Shown piece after piece: positions 54,088-63,567 of a stretch of DNA of 64,000 nucleotides. Source of the stretch: an uncultured Candidatus Saccharibacteria bacterium (lineage in GTDB: Bacteria; Patescibacteriota; UBA1384; CAILIB01; JAUSJZ01); NCBI GenBank assembly GCA_964421635.1, contig CAYQWZ010000003.1:1712-65711 (forward strand), written 5' to 3'. Numbering within the stretch: the stretch's first letter is position 1; each line of letters starts with the position of its first letter. The notes under the pieces are model-generated. The model was not told where the DNA came from and ran no database searches. It was given only the letters and a program-made list of their open reading frames with translations. A program made the translations under genes and the position numbers.

Positions 54088-55578
54088 CTAATTTCCAAAT
54101 ACCGACTTTAGTGTACGATGCTTGGTTTTAATATGCCAGAGATTAATATCGAAGAAGCGGTCGGTTGAATCGGAAACGAATTCGGCGGGCGGAATACCCA
54201 GAATTCGATCAGCCGCCCGCCAGTAGATATTGACCTGTTCTAGATCTTTAAAAACAGCTAAATCTTTTAGATGATTCTCGACTTCACGCGTAATTTTTTG
54301 GCGCTTTGCAAACTCAGTACTATTGCGAGCTTCTTCTAGTTTACGATCTGTGTGCGCATCGTCAAGTTGGGAAAAATTATATCCTCCACTGCCGCGTTGA
54401 GACGAATGCCATAGCGGATACAAGTCTAAATCGGCGCGCATATCAATATCAACAAACAAAAGATCATAATCGTGGGCGTCAATACGATCAATCAACCCCA
54501 GCGATTCAAGGGCGATTACCTCGACCTCTAAATCGTTTTTCTGCCACATTGCAATCTGCTCGAGTAATTTTGCATGATTAGCCAAAGAAGTGTGAGTTAA
54601 TAAAGTTAGTTTAGTAGGATTATCTAATTTGTCAGAATTAATAATTTTTTTTCGCTCATTTGTAGTTTTTAAACCATCGCGATTGGTATTCAAAAAGAGT
54701 ATGCGATGGCGCTGAGAGGGAAGGGTGTATAAGTTTCCGGCCAAAGTGTCATCTGCCAGTACGGACTGGTCTATATCACTGACATAGAAAAAGCTATCAA
54801 TGTCGCGAGCCATATAAGATCTTTTCATTTCATCTTCTGAATTGAAGAAACGAAAACAAATATTGCTAATGTATGGTTCGCCCAAAATCCAATCCTTATT
54901 GCTGACTAAGTTGACTTGATTAATAAACTCGCCATCTAAATCTGTATCCTTATATTTATAAGGGCCGTTGCCGATTAAGTTTTTCTGTAGCTCGTCCGTT
55001 GGAATGTGAAAAGGAATAATTGGAATATTGGTAGCCGCCAAAAATGGGCTAGAAACTTCGTCTAAATGAAAAGTGACAGTACGCTCGTCAACCACTTCTA
55101 CCACCACTCCTTCCCAGTCGTGTTTTAAAATAGATTTTGTCTGCGGATCTGTAATTAGTCGAATAGTCTCTGCTACATCGGATGCAGTAATAGGTTGACC
55201 GTCGTGCCAACGAATATTCTCTTTTAAAGTAAAAGTATAGCTGCGACCATCTTCAGAGATTACCCAGCTCTCTGCCAGCATCGGTTGAGTGCGTCCATCG
55301 GCAGTAGTTTTAGTTAATCCGACAAATAGCAGCGAAAGGATTGTGCGATCATTAATATCGGTGGAACTTTGGGGGCTTAAAATTTTTGGTTGACCGACTA
55401 ATCCTTCTGTATAAGTACCGCCAACCGCGGGTATAACAATGAGTCGGTTGTAAATAAAGTTTTTAGTTTTAATGCCGCCAAAAACTAGGAGTAAAATAAG
55501 CAGTGCTAGGGCCCAAGTTTTTTCTTTTTTTGAGAGATGACGAGGCAGGTCGACTAATCGTCGCCAAAAATTAATCAT
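54088..55578 (-). CDS. Family-5 solute-binding protein (OppA/DppA/NikA-like) with N-terminal membrane anchor
   Basis: ENIRWHDGQPITASDV signature region, length ~500 aa, N-terminal TM helix. No adjacent permease or ATPase genes. Confidence 0.7.
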   Translation of the reverse strand: MINFWRRLVDLPRHLSKKEKTWALALLILLLVFGGIKTKNFIYNRLIVIPAVGGTYTEGLVGQPKILSPQSSTDINDRTILSLLFVGLTKTTADGRTQPMLAESWVISEDGRSYTFTLKENIRWHDGQPITASDVAETIRLITDPQTKSILKHDWEGVVVEVVDERTVTFHLDEVSSPFLAATNIPIIPFHIPTDELQKNLIGNGPYKYKDTDLDGEFINQVNLVSNKDWILGEPYISNICFRFFNSEDEMKRSYMARDIDSFFYVSDIDQSVLADDTLAGNLYTLPSQRHRILFLNTNRDGLKTTNERKKIINSDKLDNPTKLTLLTHTSLANHAKLLEQIAMWQKNDLEVEVIALESLGLIDRIDAHDYDLLFVDIDMRADLDLYPLWHSSQRGSGGYNFSQLDDAHTDRKLEEARNSTEFAKRQKITREVENHLKDLAVFKDLEQVNIYWRAADRILGIPPAEFVSDSTDRFFDINLWHIKTKHRTLKSVFGN

Positions 55579-55579
55579 T

Positions 55580-55894
55580 CTATTGATTAGTTGTCTCTTT
55601 CTCGTTTACTGTTTCGGTTGTCTGCTCTACCTGTTCGGCATTCTCAACTACAGGGGCAATATTTGGTATATTCGATTGACTTTTTTGGTAAAGACTAAAT
55701 AAAGCTAACCCGACAAAAATTACAGCCAAGGCAATTGTAATTTGATATAAAGATTTTTCTGCTCCGCGACGAGACGAGAATGTGTTTGAACTGCCACCGA
55801 AAGCTTCTCCTAAACCAGCGCCTCTTTGTTGCAGTAAAACTACTACTATTAACAGAATTGCGACTATCAAATATGTGATTTCTAATGCACTCAT
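55580..55894 (-). CDS. secG: Preprotein translocase subunit SecG
   Basis: Two TM helices with the LLQQRGAGLGEAFGGSSNTFSSRRG loop signature. Confidence 0.75.
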   Translation of the reverse strand: MSALEITYLIVAILLIVVVLLQQRGAGLGEAFGGSSNTFSSRRGAEKSLYQITIALAVIFVGLALFSLYQKSQSNIPNIAPVVENAEQVEQTTETVNEKETTNQ

Positions 55895-55908
55895 AATGTT
55901 TTATTTAT

Positions 55909-55985
55909 TTGGAGGCGTGGGTGGGATTTGAACCCACGGATCGCGGTTTTGCAAACCGCTCCCTTAGACCACTTGGGTACCACGC
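55909..55985 (-). tRNA. tRNA-Cys (anticodon GCA)
   Basis: Manual fold: GGCGTGG...anticodon stem GCGGT/ACCGC, loop TTGCAAA, T-arm GTGGGTTCAAATCCCAC, CCA encoded. Confidence 0.8.
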
Positions 55986-56069
55986 CAATTCTTTAATACT
56001 TCTTTAATCCTATTTCTACTGTTTTTATTGTAGCGCACCTAAACTAGCAGAAACTAGCTTAATTTTCAA

Positions 56070-57689
56070 TTATTTACGGCGGCGGCCAATAATTTTGTGA
56101 AGAACATCTCTTGCTAATCCTAAAAAGAACAACTTTGATGATAGGCCAAAATTATCTGTTTGTCTTTTAATTGTGTTTGCGTAAAATGTAGGCAATTGTT
56201 TTATAGGAACAGATCTACCAAAGAGAACTCCTAAATGATATTTAAAATCTTCATCAATATTTTGGTCAGCTAATTTTGTCAAATGGGAAGAGATCACAAT
56301 GTTTATATTTTTAGCCCAAAGTTGAGTAGAAGTATTGAATCCTAATATAGCAGGATTATTTCCAAGCGCTGGTGCGAATACTAGATAGTCAACTAAATCG
56401 CGTCTAATAATGGTAGCGCTTAAATTAATTATTGAAGATGCATGTGGGTCATACTGTTTATTAGTCTTGCTGGTGTTATCTAAGTTCCAATAACTAGCAT
56501 CATGATTGTATGACCCTGAAGTAGCAGACAGAATTTTTAAGTGACCTCCATAAAACTCAGCTATAGCGGTAGCGATATAGCTATCTAATTTATTCTTGGC
56601 ATTAAAGATAAAAGCGTTTGAGGATAATGAACGAAAAGATGAATTTAGGTTATTGCTCAATTCATCTACTGGTTTTAAAATTGTATTTTTAAGCTGCTTC
56701 GAATTCGCTATTAATTCATAGGCTGCTTCGTTTTTTGGAATTAAAATTGTTTGTGTAAATTCAAGATTATATTTATCACAAAAAAATCTAAATTGCTCCA
56801 CTTCTTGTGTTTTTTCAATATTAAAAAGGATTAAAGAGAGTGGTAGATAAATTATTAATCCTTTTTTATCAGAAAGTTTCTTAGAGTAATTTTTAGGAAT
56901 GCTAAATTGAGTTTTACATTTTTTTGAACGGTACAGCCTGACGGCACCTTCTTCAAATCCTATATGAATAGCCTTAATTGACCAATCTAGCATCAAAAAT
57001 TTGCCCATTCTGTTGATGTTGTAGCCGGCCATCACATCTTGCCCCCGCTCCTCAGAAGATTCAAAGTAGTGAACTCTTAAAAAATCTTTTGAATAGAAGG
57101 TAAAACCAGTGGCCGCAGAGCCGATGCTCTCAACGCCGTAATCTTTCTCTTCTTCTTTTTGAACTTGAGTAGATTCTAACAGCCCCTTGTAGTTTGGCAG
57201 TAGCTGCTCTTTAGGCCAGTGCCAAATTAGTAATTCGTTTGCCCAGTCAGGATTTCTTGAGTATTGAGTAACAGTGGCTGAATAAATATCGCTTGACCAA
57301 TTGAATGTTTTTATTAATTTATAGTAGGCGTCGTTTGGTACTAGTATGTCGTCCTCCCACAAGAGTGCGTCTCCGTCTATCATGCCAAAAAGTATTCTCA
57401 TGGTTTCGCTGACAGATTTTCGTTTAGTGAGAAAATCTTTAGAATCTAGTCGGGGCATGTCAATTAAATTAGGATATTTCTTGTCAATTTTATTGACATA
57501 TCGGCAAGACCTAAATTTTGGCCCTTCTTCAACTAAAGTCTTTTTCAAAAGATTGCTTATCTCTTCGCTCTCACTTAGGTCGAGCCACAACAAATCAATG
57601 CTGTGGCGAGGCATTTTGAGATTTTTAAAATTCTCTATCCATAAAGGAATAGCGTAAGGTTTGTTTGTAAAAGGAGTTACTAAGTTCAT
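56070..57689 (-). CDS. Hypothetical protein (539 aa) sharing a C-terminal domain with the downstream GT2 protein
   Basis: Its C-terminal ~130 aa (…FKYHLGVLFGRSVPIKQLPTFY…) align by eye with the C-terminus of 58259..60751 (…FYFHLGVLAGLEIPIKNILRFY…). Confidence 0.5.
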   Translation of the reverse strand: MNLVTPFTNKPYAIPLWIENFKNLKMPRHSIDLLWLDLSESEEISNLLKKTLVEEGPKFRSCRYVNKIDKKYPNLIDMPRLDSKDFLTKRKSVSETMRILFGMIDGDALLWEDDILVPNDAYYKLIKTFNWSSDIYSATVTQYSRNPDWANELLIWHWPKEQLLPNYKGLLESTQVQKEEEKDYGVESIGSAATGFTFYSKDFLRVHYFESSEERGQDVMAGYNINRMGKFLMLDWSIKAIHIGFEEGAVRLYRSKKCKTQFSIPKNYSKKLSDKKGLIIYLPLSLILFNIEKTQEVEQFRFFCDKYNLEFTQTILIPKNEAAYELIANSKQLKNTILKPVDELSNNLNSSFRSLSSNAFIFNAKNKLDSYIATAIAEFYGGHLKILSATSGSYNHDASYWNLDNTSKTNKQYDPHASSIINLSATIIRRDLVDYLVFAPALGNNPAILGFNTSTQLWAKNINIVISSHLTKLADQNIDEDFKYHLGVLFGRSVPIKQLPTFYANTIKRQTDNFGLSSKLFFLGLARDVLHKIIGRRRK

Positions 57690-58252
57690 TTCTTAATTGC
57701 AACCAAAAAACCGCGGCGAATTAGCTTTCTATCCCATTTATTAATTAAGACATCGATAGTCGTTTTTACATCTGGCCAAGCCTTTCTATCGTAATCGTGC
57801 CAAGCCAAATAGCCCCCTTTGGGAAGTTTGTCCCAAGCCCATATACTTTGCATCAGAACCTGATCAACCGTGTGACCAGCGTCAATGAAAATTAATCCCC
57901 ATTGGCCCCCTAAAGTTGGCAGTAAAGTTTTAATATCTTGTTTTATTGAGATCACACTTTTATCTAATCCTCTAGTAGTCAGGTTCTGCCAAAAGTCTAG
58001 ATAAGTATCTTTGATAATATGATCATTAGTCCAGTCGGTAGCATTTTGGGGAAAGTAATCACAGGCTATGACTAATCCTTCAGATTCTTGCATAGCCAAA
58101 GCTAAAACTATAGTTGATTTGCCAACAAAACTGCCTAATTCCAAAACTCGATTAATTGGTGCGTCTTGGGCTAATTCATAAAGGAAGGGAATTTCATCTT
58201 TTTCAATGCCTGCGGTTATGCCTTCTAATAATTTGTCAAAATTAATATCCAT
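57686..58252 (-). CDS. Class I SAM-dependent methyltransferase-like protein
   Basis: VLELGSFVGKSTIVLA (motif I-like) and LIFIDAGHT; 188 aa; 4-nt overlap with the upstream gene. Confidence 0.6.
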   Translation of the reverse strand: MDINFDKLLEGITAGIEKDEIPFLYELAQDAPINRVLELGSFVGKSTIVLALAMQESEGLVIACDYFPQNATDWTNDHIIKDTYLDFWQNLTTRGLDKSVISIKQDIKTLLPTLGGQWGLIFIDAGHTVDQVLMQSIWAWDKLPKGGYLAWHDYDRKAWPDVKTTIDVLINKWDRKLIRRGFLVAIKK

Positions 58253-58258
58253 AGTAAA

Positions 58259-60751
58259 TTAACTAGTAGCTTCTTTTTCTGATGGTGAAGGATACTGCCG
58301 GCGTTTGTTTGGAGCAATAATTCTTAAAATGAAATCAAAAATCACACCTTCCCAAAATAATAGTGTTTGGTAGCTGGTGGTTCGAAAACGATAACGCACA
58401 GTTCGTTTATAAAACCGCAGAATATTTTTTATGGGAATTTCCAGTCCAGCCAGTACACCGAGATGAAAATAGAATTGATTAGGACGATTGCTCATTTGTT
58501 TATTGAGATATGACCCAAAGGCAATAGGAATTTCTAATTGCCAAAGTTGTCGACTTAATTGCCACTCTAATAGGGGCAGATTATCACCTAAGCGTGGTTC
58601 TAAATGAATGAATCCTTTTGTATGTTTAGGTATGGTGACAAACAGTAGACTAACGACTCCTCTTTCTGAAAATGATTCAAAAGAAATAAAAGGTTGAATA
58701 TTTTTCATTGAGTACCAGTCAATTATTTTTTGGTCAAAGATTGATCCAAATTCAGAGATTGCCATATTTAACATTGAAGGCAGAAACAAATGCTGATTTT
58801 TGTTTATTATCTGTACTCCTGCATGTACAATCATTGGACAATAATCACTCCAATTTAGTGCTTTAGTAATATTTTCAGCTAAGCTGCTGGGTTGAAATAG
58901 TGAAGTGTTGGTAGGCCAGTTGTGTTGGCGTAATTTTTGGTAAGCGCTTGGGTTTTTTGGCAATAGTATTATTTGTTTTATAAATGAGAAAGAATCAATA
59001 ATCTTTTCTATTTCTTGAATTTCTGTGATGGAATGAATGATTAAAGAGTAATAATTTTCTTCCCTAATAGCGTTAGAATATTGTTGAGAGATTTTATATG
59101 GTTCGTTTGTTTTTAGGGGAATAGATATAGATTGAGCATCAATTTGTAATTGTTGAATATTGTCATAGCATGGAAAAATGGGCATCTTATCTTTTGTAAG
59201 AACTGACTTTGGAGCAATATTATATTTAAAGGGGTGATACTGTTTATAAAAGATTGAATCAGGCTCACTATAAGAATTTGGGGAGAGAATATATACTTGA
59301 CCATCTTGGGCGAGAGCAAAGTGATTGCAGTTAACTGACCAATCCATAAAAAACTTCTTACCGCGTATTAATAAGTCCCAACCGTGAGTAATGTCTGGTC
59401 CGCCCTTGCTGTGATCTTCGGGTAAGTCTTGTCTTAAACGAAACCTATAATTTTGTTTGTACCATGATCCTTTAAGCAGAAGACAAAAAAAACCCCCAGC
59501 ACCAATGCGTACTACGCCGTCACTCTGTGAGACAGGGAAGAGATTCAGAACCTCTCTTTGTTCGTTGAACGCCCAAGCACCAATGGAATATTTTGTTATA
59601 CGAGATCGTTCGACTCCTTGTACAGCTACACAATCAGGGTCGCTGTTGAGTGATTTTTTAAATTTGTGCAATGTGTCAGGTGGGCAGTCAGTGTCATCCT
59701 CTAATATAAACAGGTATGGAGTGGTTAAATTATCAACAAAGTACTGCATCATATCTACAATATGTATATAACGATCAGGGCGATCTTTGGAATCTAAACT
59801 ATCAAGTGAACCCATTATTTTGGGTGTGTGATTGGTCTTAATATGAACACCGTTAATGTGTTGTTTTATACGGTTTGCAAAAGGCAGAAGGTAGGTATCA
59901 AAAAAATGCTTATTATTACTCTGATCATATATTTGTAAATTTAATTTTTCCTTTGGGTAATCAAGCCCTTCTATAGCCCTAAACCATTCGTCAACACAGA
60001 AATAACGGCCAATTGTAGGAGCGCCGATAGTGATTTCCGCATTACTTGCAGTGTCGAGCTGATATTTTTGTTGCAGATATTGAGTTGAATCATCAAGATG
60101 TTTTTTGTTGTGATACTTTCGTAGCTGATTGCGTGCTGCTAATCTGTAATTAAAAAGTTCTTGGTCAATAAAATGATAATTGACACCTCTTTTCATATTG
60201 TTGAGGTGATAATCCCAATCTTCATTACGAATAAGTAGTGCATCCCAAGGTTCAGGTGTGAGGGCAGATCTTTTTATAGCAGAAGCTGTATCTATGCAAG
60301 ACCCCATTTTTAAATCTTCATAAGTATATTGCATTCTATTATATGCACTATAACGATATCTATCTGTATCTCCGATTAAGGAAAAGCGGCTGTAAGTAAC
60401 ATCAATATTAGTTGGTTGATTTGTTAGTAGTGGCTCAACTAGTCTTTGTAATCCGTCAATTTTCCAAGTATTGTCGGCATCAAACCAAACAATAATTTCT
60501 CCTTTAGCTTGAGTAAAGCCAAAATTACGGGCAACATTGGCGTTGCTTTTTTCAAGGCGAAAATATCTAGCGCCAAAATAATCGCAGACTGGCTTAGGAT
60601 TATCGGTTGAAGCATCGTCAACTACAATAATTTCAAAAGAAAAGGTAGTTTTTTGTTTTTTTAAGGAGAATAAACACTCCCATAGAAAATTACGATGGTT
60701 ATAACAAGGAATGATAATGCTGACTATGGGTTTGGTTGTTTTAACATCCAT
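58259..60751 (-). CDS. Large family-2 glycosyltransferase (GT-A fold) multidomain protein
   Basis: N-terminal PIVSIIIPCYNHRNFL...VVDDASTDN and a DxD-like motif (FDADNTW); 830 aa with additional domains. Confidence 0.7.
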   Translation of the reverse strand: MDVKTTKPIVSIIIPCYNHRNFLWECLFSLKKQKTTFSFEIIVVDDASTDNPKPVCDYFGARYFRLEKSNANVARNFGFTQAKGEIIVWFDADNTWKIDGLQRLVEPLLTNQPTNIDVTYSRFSLIGDTDRYRYSAYNRMQYTYEDLKMGSCIDTASAIKRSALTPEPWDALLIRNEDWDYHLNNMKRGVNYHFIDQELFNYRLAARNQLRKYHNKKHLDDSTQYLQQKYQLDTASNAEITIGAPTIGRYFCVDEWFRAIEGLDYPKEKLNLQIYDQSNNKHFFDTYLLPFANRIKQHINGVHIKTNHTPKIMGSLDSLDSKDRPDRYIHIVDMMQYFVDNLTTPYLFILEDDTDCPPDTLHKFKKSLNSDPDCVAVQGVERSRITKYSIGAWAFNEQREVLNLFPVSQSDGVVRIGAGGFFCLLLKGSWYKQNYRFRLRQDLPEDHSKGGPDITHGWDLLIRGKKFFMDWSVNCNHFALAQDGQVYILSPNSYSEPDSIFYKQYHPFKYNIAPKSVLTKDKMPIFPCYDNIQQLQIDAQSISIPLKTNEPYKISQQYSNAIREENYYSLIIHSITEIQEIEKIIDSFSFIKQIILLPKNPSAYQKLRQHNWPTNTSLFQPSSLAENITKALNWSDYCPMIVHAGVQIINKNQHLFLPSMLNMAISEFGSIFDQKIIDWYSMKNIQPFISFESFSERGVVSLLFVTIPKHTKGFIHLEPRLGDNLPLLEWQLSRQLWQLEIPIAFGSYLNKQMSNRPNQFYFHLGVLAGLEIPIKNILRFYKRTVRYRFRTTSYQTLLFWEGVIFDFILRIIAPNKRRQYPSPSEKEATS

Positions 60752-60829
60752 TATGCAAAAAACATAGTTGTGTACTTAATTATAGCATTATAGAATTTTT
60801 CAAATAGTTCTAAATTGTTAGTTGACAGA

Positions 60830-61816
60830 ATGAGTAAAATAGGATACAAAGAGATTGCTGATCTCAGCGGAAAGGAGCCTCTTATGTTGAGGCTTGGAGC
60901 GAGCATAGCGTCATTTGCTCCGGCTGTAGGATTGCCTCTATGCGGAGCACGCTTTGACGCGGTGGCCTCGTGGCTTGAGAAGATGCGACAAGAACGAGAC
61001 TGGTGGCTGCAAGGATTTCCCTTGCGGGGCTGCGCTGCCAGTGAAGTACGGTTTGATTCGGTCGAAATGCCCTGGTGTGGTATTTCTGAAGAAGAAGGGA
61101 AGCTAGGACATTTTCATTTCAAGCGTGAGTTTTACAGATCATTCAAGCATTGGTTTGAAGCGCAGCTTGTTTTAAAGTTGTACGACAGTCCTGGCAATTG
61201 CATTGAATGGCTGCGGCGACAGTGTAATTCTGATAATCAACAGGAACCAACAATGTCTGCAGCTCGACTGATTATCAACCAGATTCAATATACCGAGTTG
61301 GGGGTGCAGACTTGTAGCACCACATTAGTAGAGGCAGAGCATGTCTGGTTGGAATTGAATTGTAAGGATTCTACTGGTGGGAACGCTAGCATTGCGTACA
61401 GATTATGTAATCAATCGAATGGGGCAACCCAGTTAGTCTTTGACACCCTTCATTTTGCCGAAAGAGAGGCTAGTCTAGGGCAGCCGTATAGTTACAGGGA
61501 AATGACGATGATTGCCCAAAAGCTTGGTCTGGTGCATTGGCAACCCAGTAGAGAAACAGACGATGGTTCAGGCAAGCCTGAAATATGGCGATTACTTGAT
61601 GGCCAGACCACAGAATCGGTAGATCGATTACGGCGATTGCGTGGCGAGTCTCATCTTTATTACCATGCGTTTCGAGTAGCGCCTATTGTCATGGAGCCAT
61701 CTATCTACCACTGGAGACAGCTAGCTGGTCCTAGAAGCTGGCTAAGCGTTGCGTGGGTTCAAAACAAGCTCGTTGAGTGTGCTGAGGCACTTGAACATCA
61801 ATTGACACGCATATGA
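60830..61816 (+). CDS. GC-rich, Cys/Trp-rich hypothetical protein (~329 aa)
   Basis: Start taken at the first ATG (MSKIGYKEIADL). The track's upstream TTG start (60815) is unsupported. Strong terminator downstream. Confidence 0.45.
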   Translation: MSKIGYKEIADLSGKEPLMLRLGASIASFAPAVGLPLCGARFDAVASWLEKMRQERDWWLQGFPLRGCAASEVRFDSVEMPWCGISEEEGKLGHFHFKREFYRSFKHWFEAQLVLKLYDSPGNCIEWLRRQCNSDNQQEPTMSAARLIINQIQYTELGVQTCSTTLVEAEHVWLELNCKDSTGGNASIAYRLCNQSNGATQLVFDTLHFAEREASLGQPYSYREMTMIAQKLGLVHWQPSRETDDGSGKPEIWRLLDGQTTESVDRLRRLRGESHLYYHAFRVAPIVMEPSIYHWRQLAGPRSWLSVAWVQNKLVECAEALEHQLTRI

Positions 61817-61833
61817 TAGCTACTTGGCAACCC

Positions 61834-61866
61834 AGCTCACCCTAACGGGGGTGGGCTTTTTTTTAC
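61834..61866 (+). terminator. Intrinsic terminator (AGCTCACCC-loop-GGGTGGGCT followed by 8 T)
   Basis: Read directly. Confidence 0.55.
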
Positions 61867-61925
61867 TAGCGTAGTGCAGGATAATTGCTAAATTGAGCTG
61901 TAATTGCTATATTATTTCTGATTAC

Positions 61926-62001
61926 GCGGGAATAGCTCAGTTGATAGAGCGCCACCTTGCCAAGGTGGAAGTCGCGGGTTTAAGTCCCGTTTCCCGCTCC
62001 A
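61926..62001 (+). tRNA. tRNA-Gly (anticodon GCC)
   Basis: Manual fold: GCGGGAA...anticodon stem CCACC/GGTGG, loop TTGCCAA, T-arm CGCGGGTTTAAGTCCCGT, CCA encoded. Confidence 0.85.
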
Positions 62002-62006
62002 AAAAA

Positions 62007-62321
62007 ATGGCAAAAAAGAGGTCTAGCAAATTGCATAAACATTTAAAGAGACTCTATCGCAACAGCGCGAAAGAGTCTGTTTCGAAAAGCAAAGAAAACA
62101 AAACAGAAAATAAGGCAAAGTCAGACAGTGAGCAAACCGATTCAGCTGGCGAAATTGAAATATTGTCAAAACAAGAAGTTTTGTATTTAAAGCGCGACAT
62201 CACCAAAACCATCATTGCCACTTTAGCTATTGCGGTAGTAATTATTGTCCTTTGGCTGAATCTTTCCAATCCTGCTATTAGCAATTTCATTGACTCAACC
62301 TCAAAGTCGTTCGGTTTTTAA
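62007..62321 (+). CDS. Small basic protein with C-terminal TM helix (104 aa)
   Basis: ATG 5 nt after the tRNA-Gly 3' end. The track ORF start at 61893 overlaps the tRNA and is rejected. Confidence 0.45.
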   Translation: MAKKRSSKLHKHLKRLYRNSAKESVSKSKENKTENKAKSDSEQTDSAGEIEILSKQEVLYLKRDITKTIIATLAIAVVIIVLWLNLSNPAISNFIDSTSKSFGF

Positions 62322-62337
62322 CTGATATTATTACTAT

Positions 62338-63171
62338 ATGAAACCAACTGTTATTACGCATGTTCGGCCGCATTTAGATGAAGTTTGTGCTATCTGGATT
62401 ATCCAGAAGTTTTGGACGCATTTTGATCATGCGGATGTTGAGTTTGTGCGCACGGGGCCTTCAGGCGGGGAGCGATGGGAGAATGTTGAGCCTGAAGAGA
62501 ATGATTTCGTAGTTTATGTTGGGGTGGGGCAAGGTAAGTTTGATGAACATAAAGGTGACGATAAAGATTCAGCGGCCAGTTTGGTTTGGACAGAAACGCT
62601 TGAAAAATACAAAGTTCGTAAAGGTGACAAAGAGGCGGTTTCGCGCATTGTTGAATATGTGAAGGATGAAGATATGGGCCAGTATCTTAAACAAAAAAAT
62701 CATGAATTTTCACTGCCCACAATTTTGGCTGGATTATATGTCGACAACAATAAAGATTCGCTAGCGGTTTACGAAATTGGTAAGAAAATGGTTAACGCCC
62801 TTTACATTGAAATGATGAAGCGAATTTCGGCGGAGAAAGATTGGCAGGGCCGCATAGAATTTGAATCGTATTGGGGGCCGGCAGCGGCAGTCGTTTCCGA
62901 TATTCCTGGTGTCGAGCGCATCGCTTACGACGCAGGATTTGTTTTGGTGGTAATTCATAATAATGCGAAGACCTTTCATGGGTTACGAGCAGACCCAGAT
63001 AGTGATGTAGATTTTTCAAAAGCAGCCATGAAGCTGGAACAGATTGAGCCAGAAGCAGATTGGTTTTTACATCAAAGCAAACGCATGCTACTTTGTGGTG
63101 GTGAGATTGCTAAAGGCTCCCAAAGTTCTAATTTATCCCTCGACCAATTAACCGAACTAGTAAAAAAATAA
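62338..63171 (+). CDS. Hypothetical protein, possibly a MYG1/UPF0160-like metal-dependent hydrolase
   Basis: The N-terminal THVRPHLDEVCAIWI pattern resembles the THxGxFHxDE motif; weak. Confidence 0.35.
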   Translation: MKPTVITHVRPHLDEVCAIWIIQKFWTHFDHADVEFVRTGPSGGERWENVEPEENDFVVYVGVGQGKFDEHKGDDKDSAASLVWTETLEKYKVRKGDKEAVSRIVEYVKDEDMGQYLKQKNHEFSLPTILAGLYVDNNKDSLAVYEIGKKMVNALYIEMMKRISAEKDWQGRIEFESYWGPAAAVVSDIPGVERIAYDAGFVLVVIHNNAKTFHGLRADPDSDVDFSKAAMKLEQIEPEADWFLHQSKRMLLCGGEIAKGSQSSNLSLDQLTELVKK

Positions 63172-63258
63172 TCGCTATTTCGCGGCTAGATTAGACAAAA
63201 GCCAACAAATTGGTCAGAATAAAAGTAGCCAAAATGGCGAAAGAAGTAAAGCTACGGC

Positions 63259-63519
63259 ATGGCAGATGAAAATACTAGTTCAGAAGCCCCACAAATACAG
63301 GCAGAAGAGCTAGCTAATGAGAGGATGGAGACCAAGCGGAAAACGTTCTTTTTAGATCTTAAGAAGAACGATAGAGGTATGTTTGTGAAGATATCTGAAC
63401 GGTCAGGCGGTAGACGCTCCACCGTTATGATACCTTACGAGTATCTCGAAGAGTTTATGCAGAAGATGCAAATCCTTAAGGATGCTGGTCCGAAAGACGC
63501 TGAAAAGACCGAAGAATAA
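63259..63519 (+). CDS. Small PUR-alpha-like (DUF3276-like) nucleic-acid-binding protein candidate (86 aa)
   Basis: RKTFFLDLKKNDRGMFVKISERSGGRRSTVMIPYEYLEEF resembles PUR repeats; assigned from memory only. Confidence 0.4.
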   Translation: MADENTSSEAPQIQAEELANERMETKRKTFFLDLKKNDRGMFVKISERSGGRRSTVMIPYEYLEEFMQKMQILKDAGPKDAEKTEE

Positions 63520-63567
63520 TTTATACTGTAGTCAATGCGAGCTTTGTAGCTGACTATGTTAGTGCTT

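Noticed and set aside
61893-62006. Track start of ORF 61893..62321
   Set aside because: The first 38 codons overlap tRNA-Gly(GCC). A clean ATG start at 62007 follows the tRNA.
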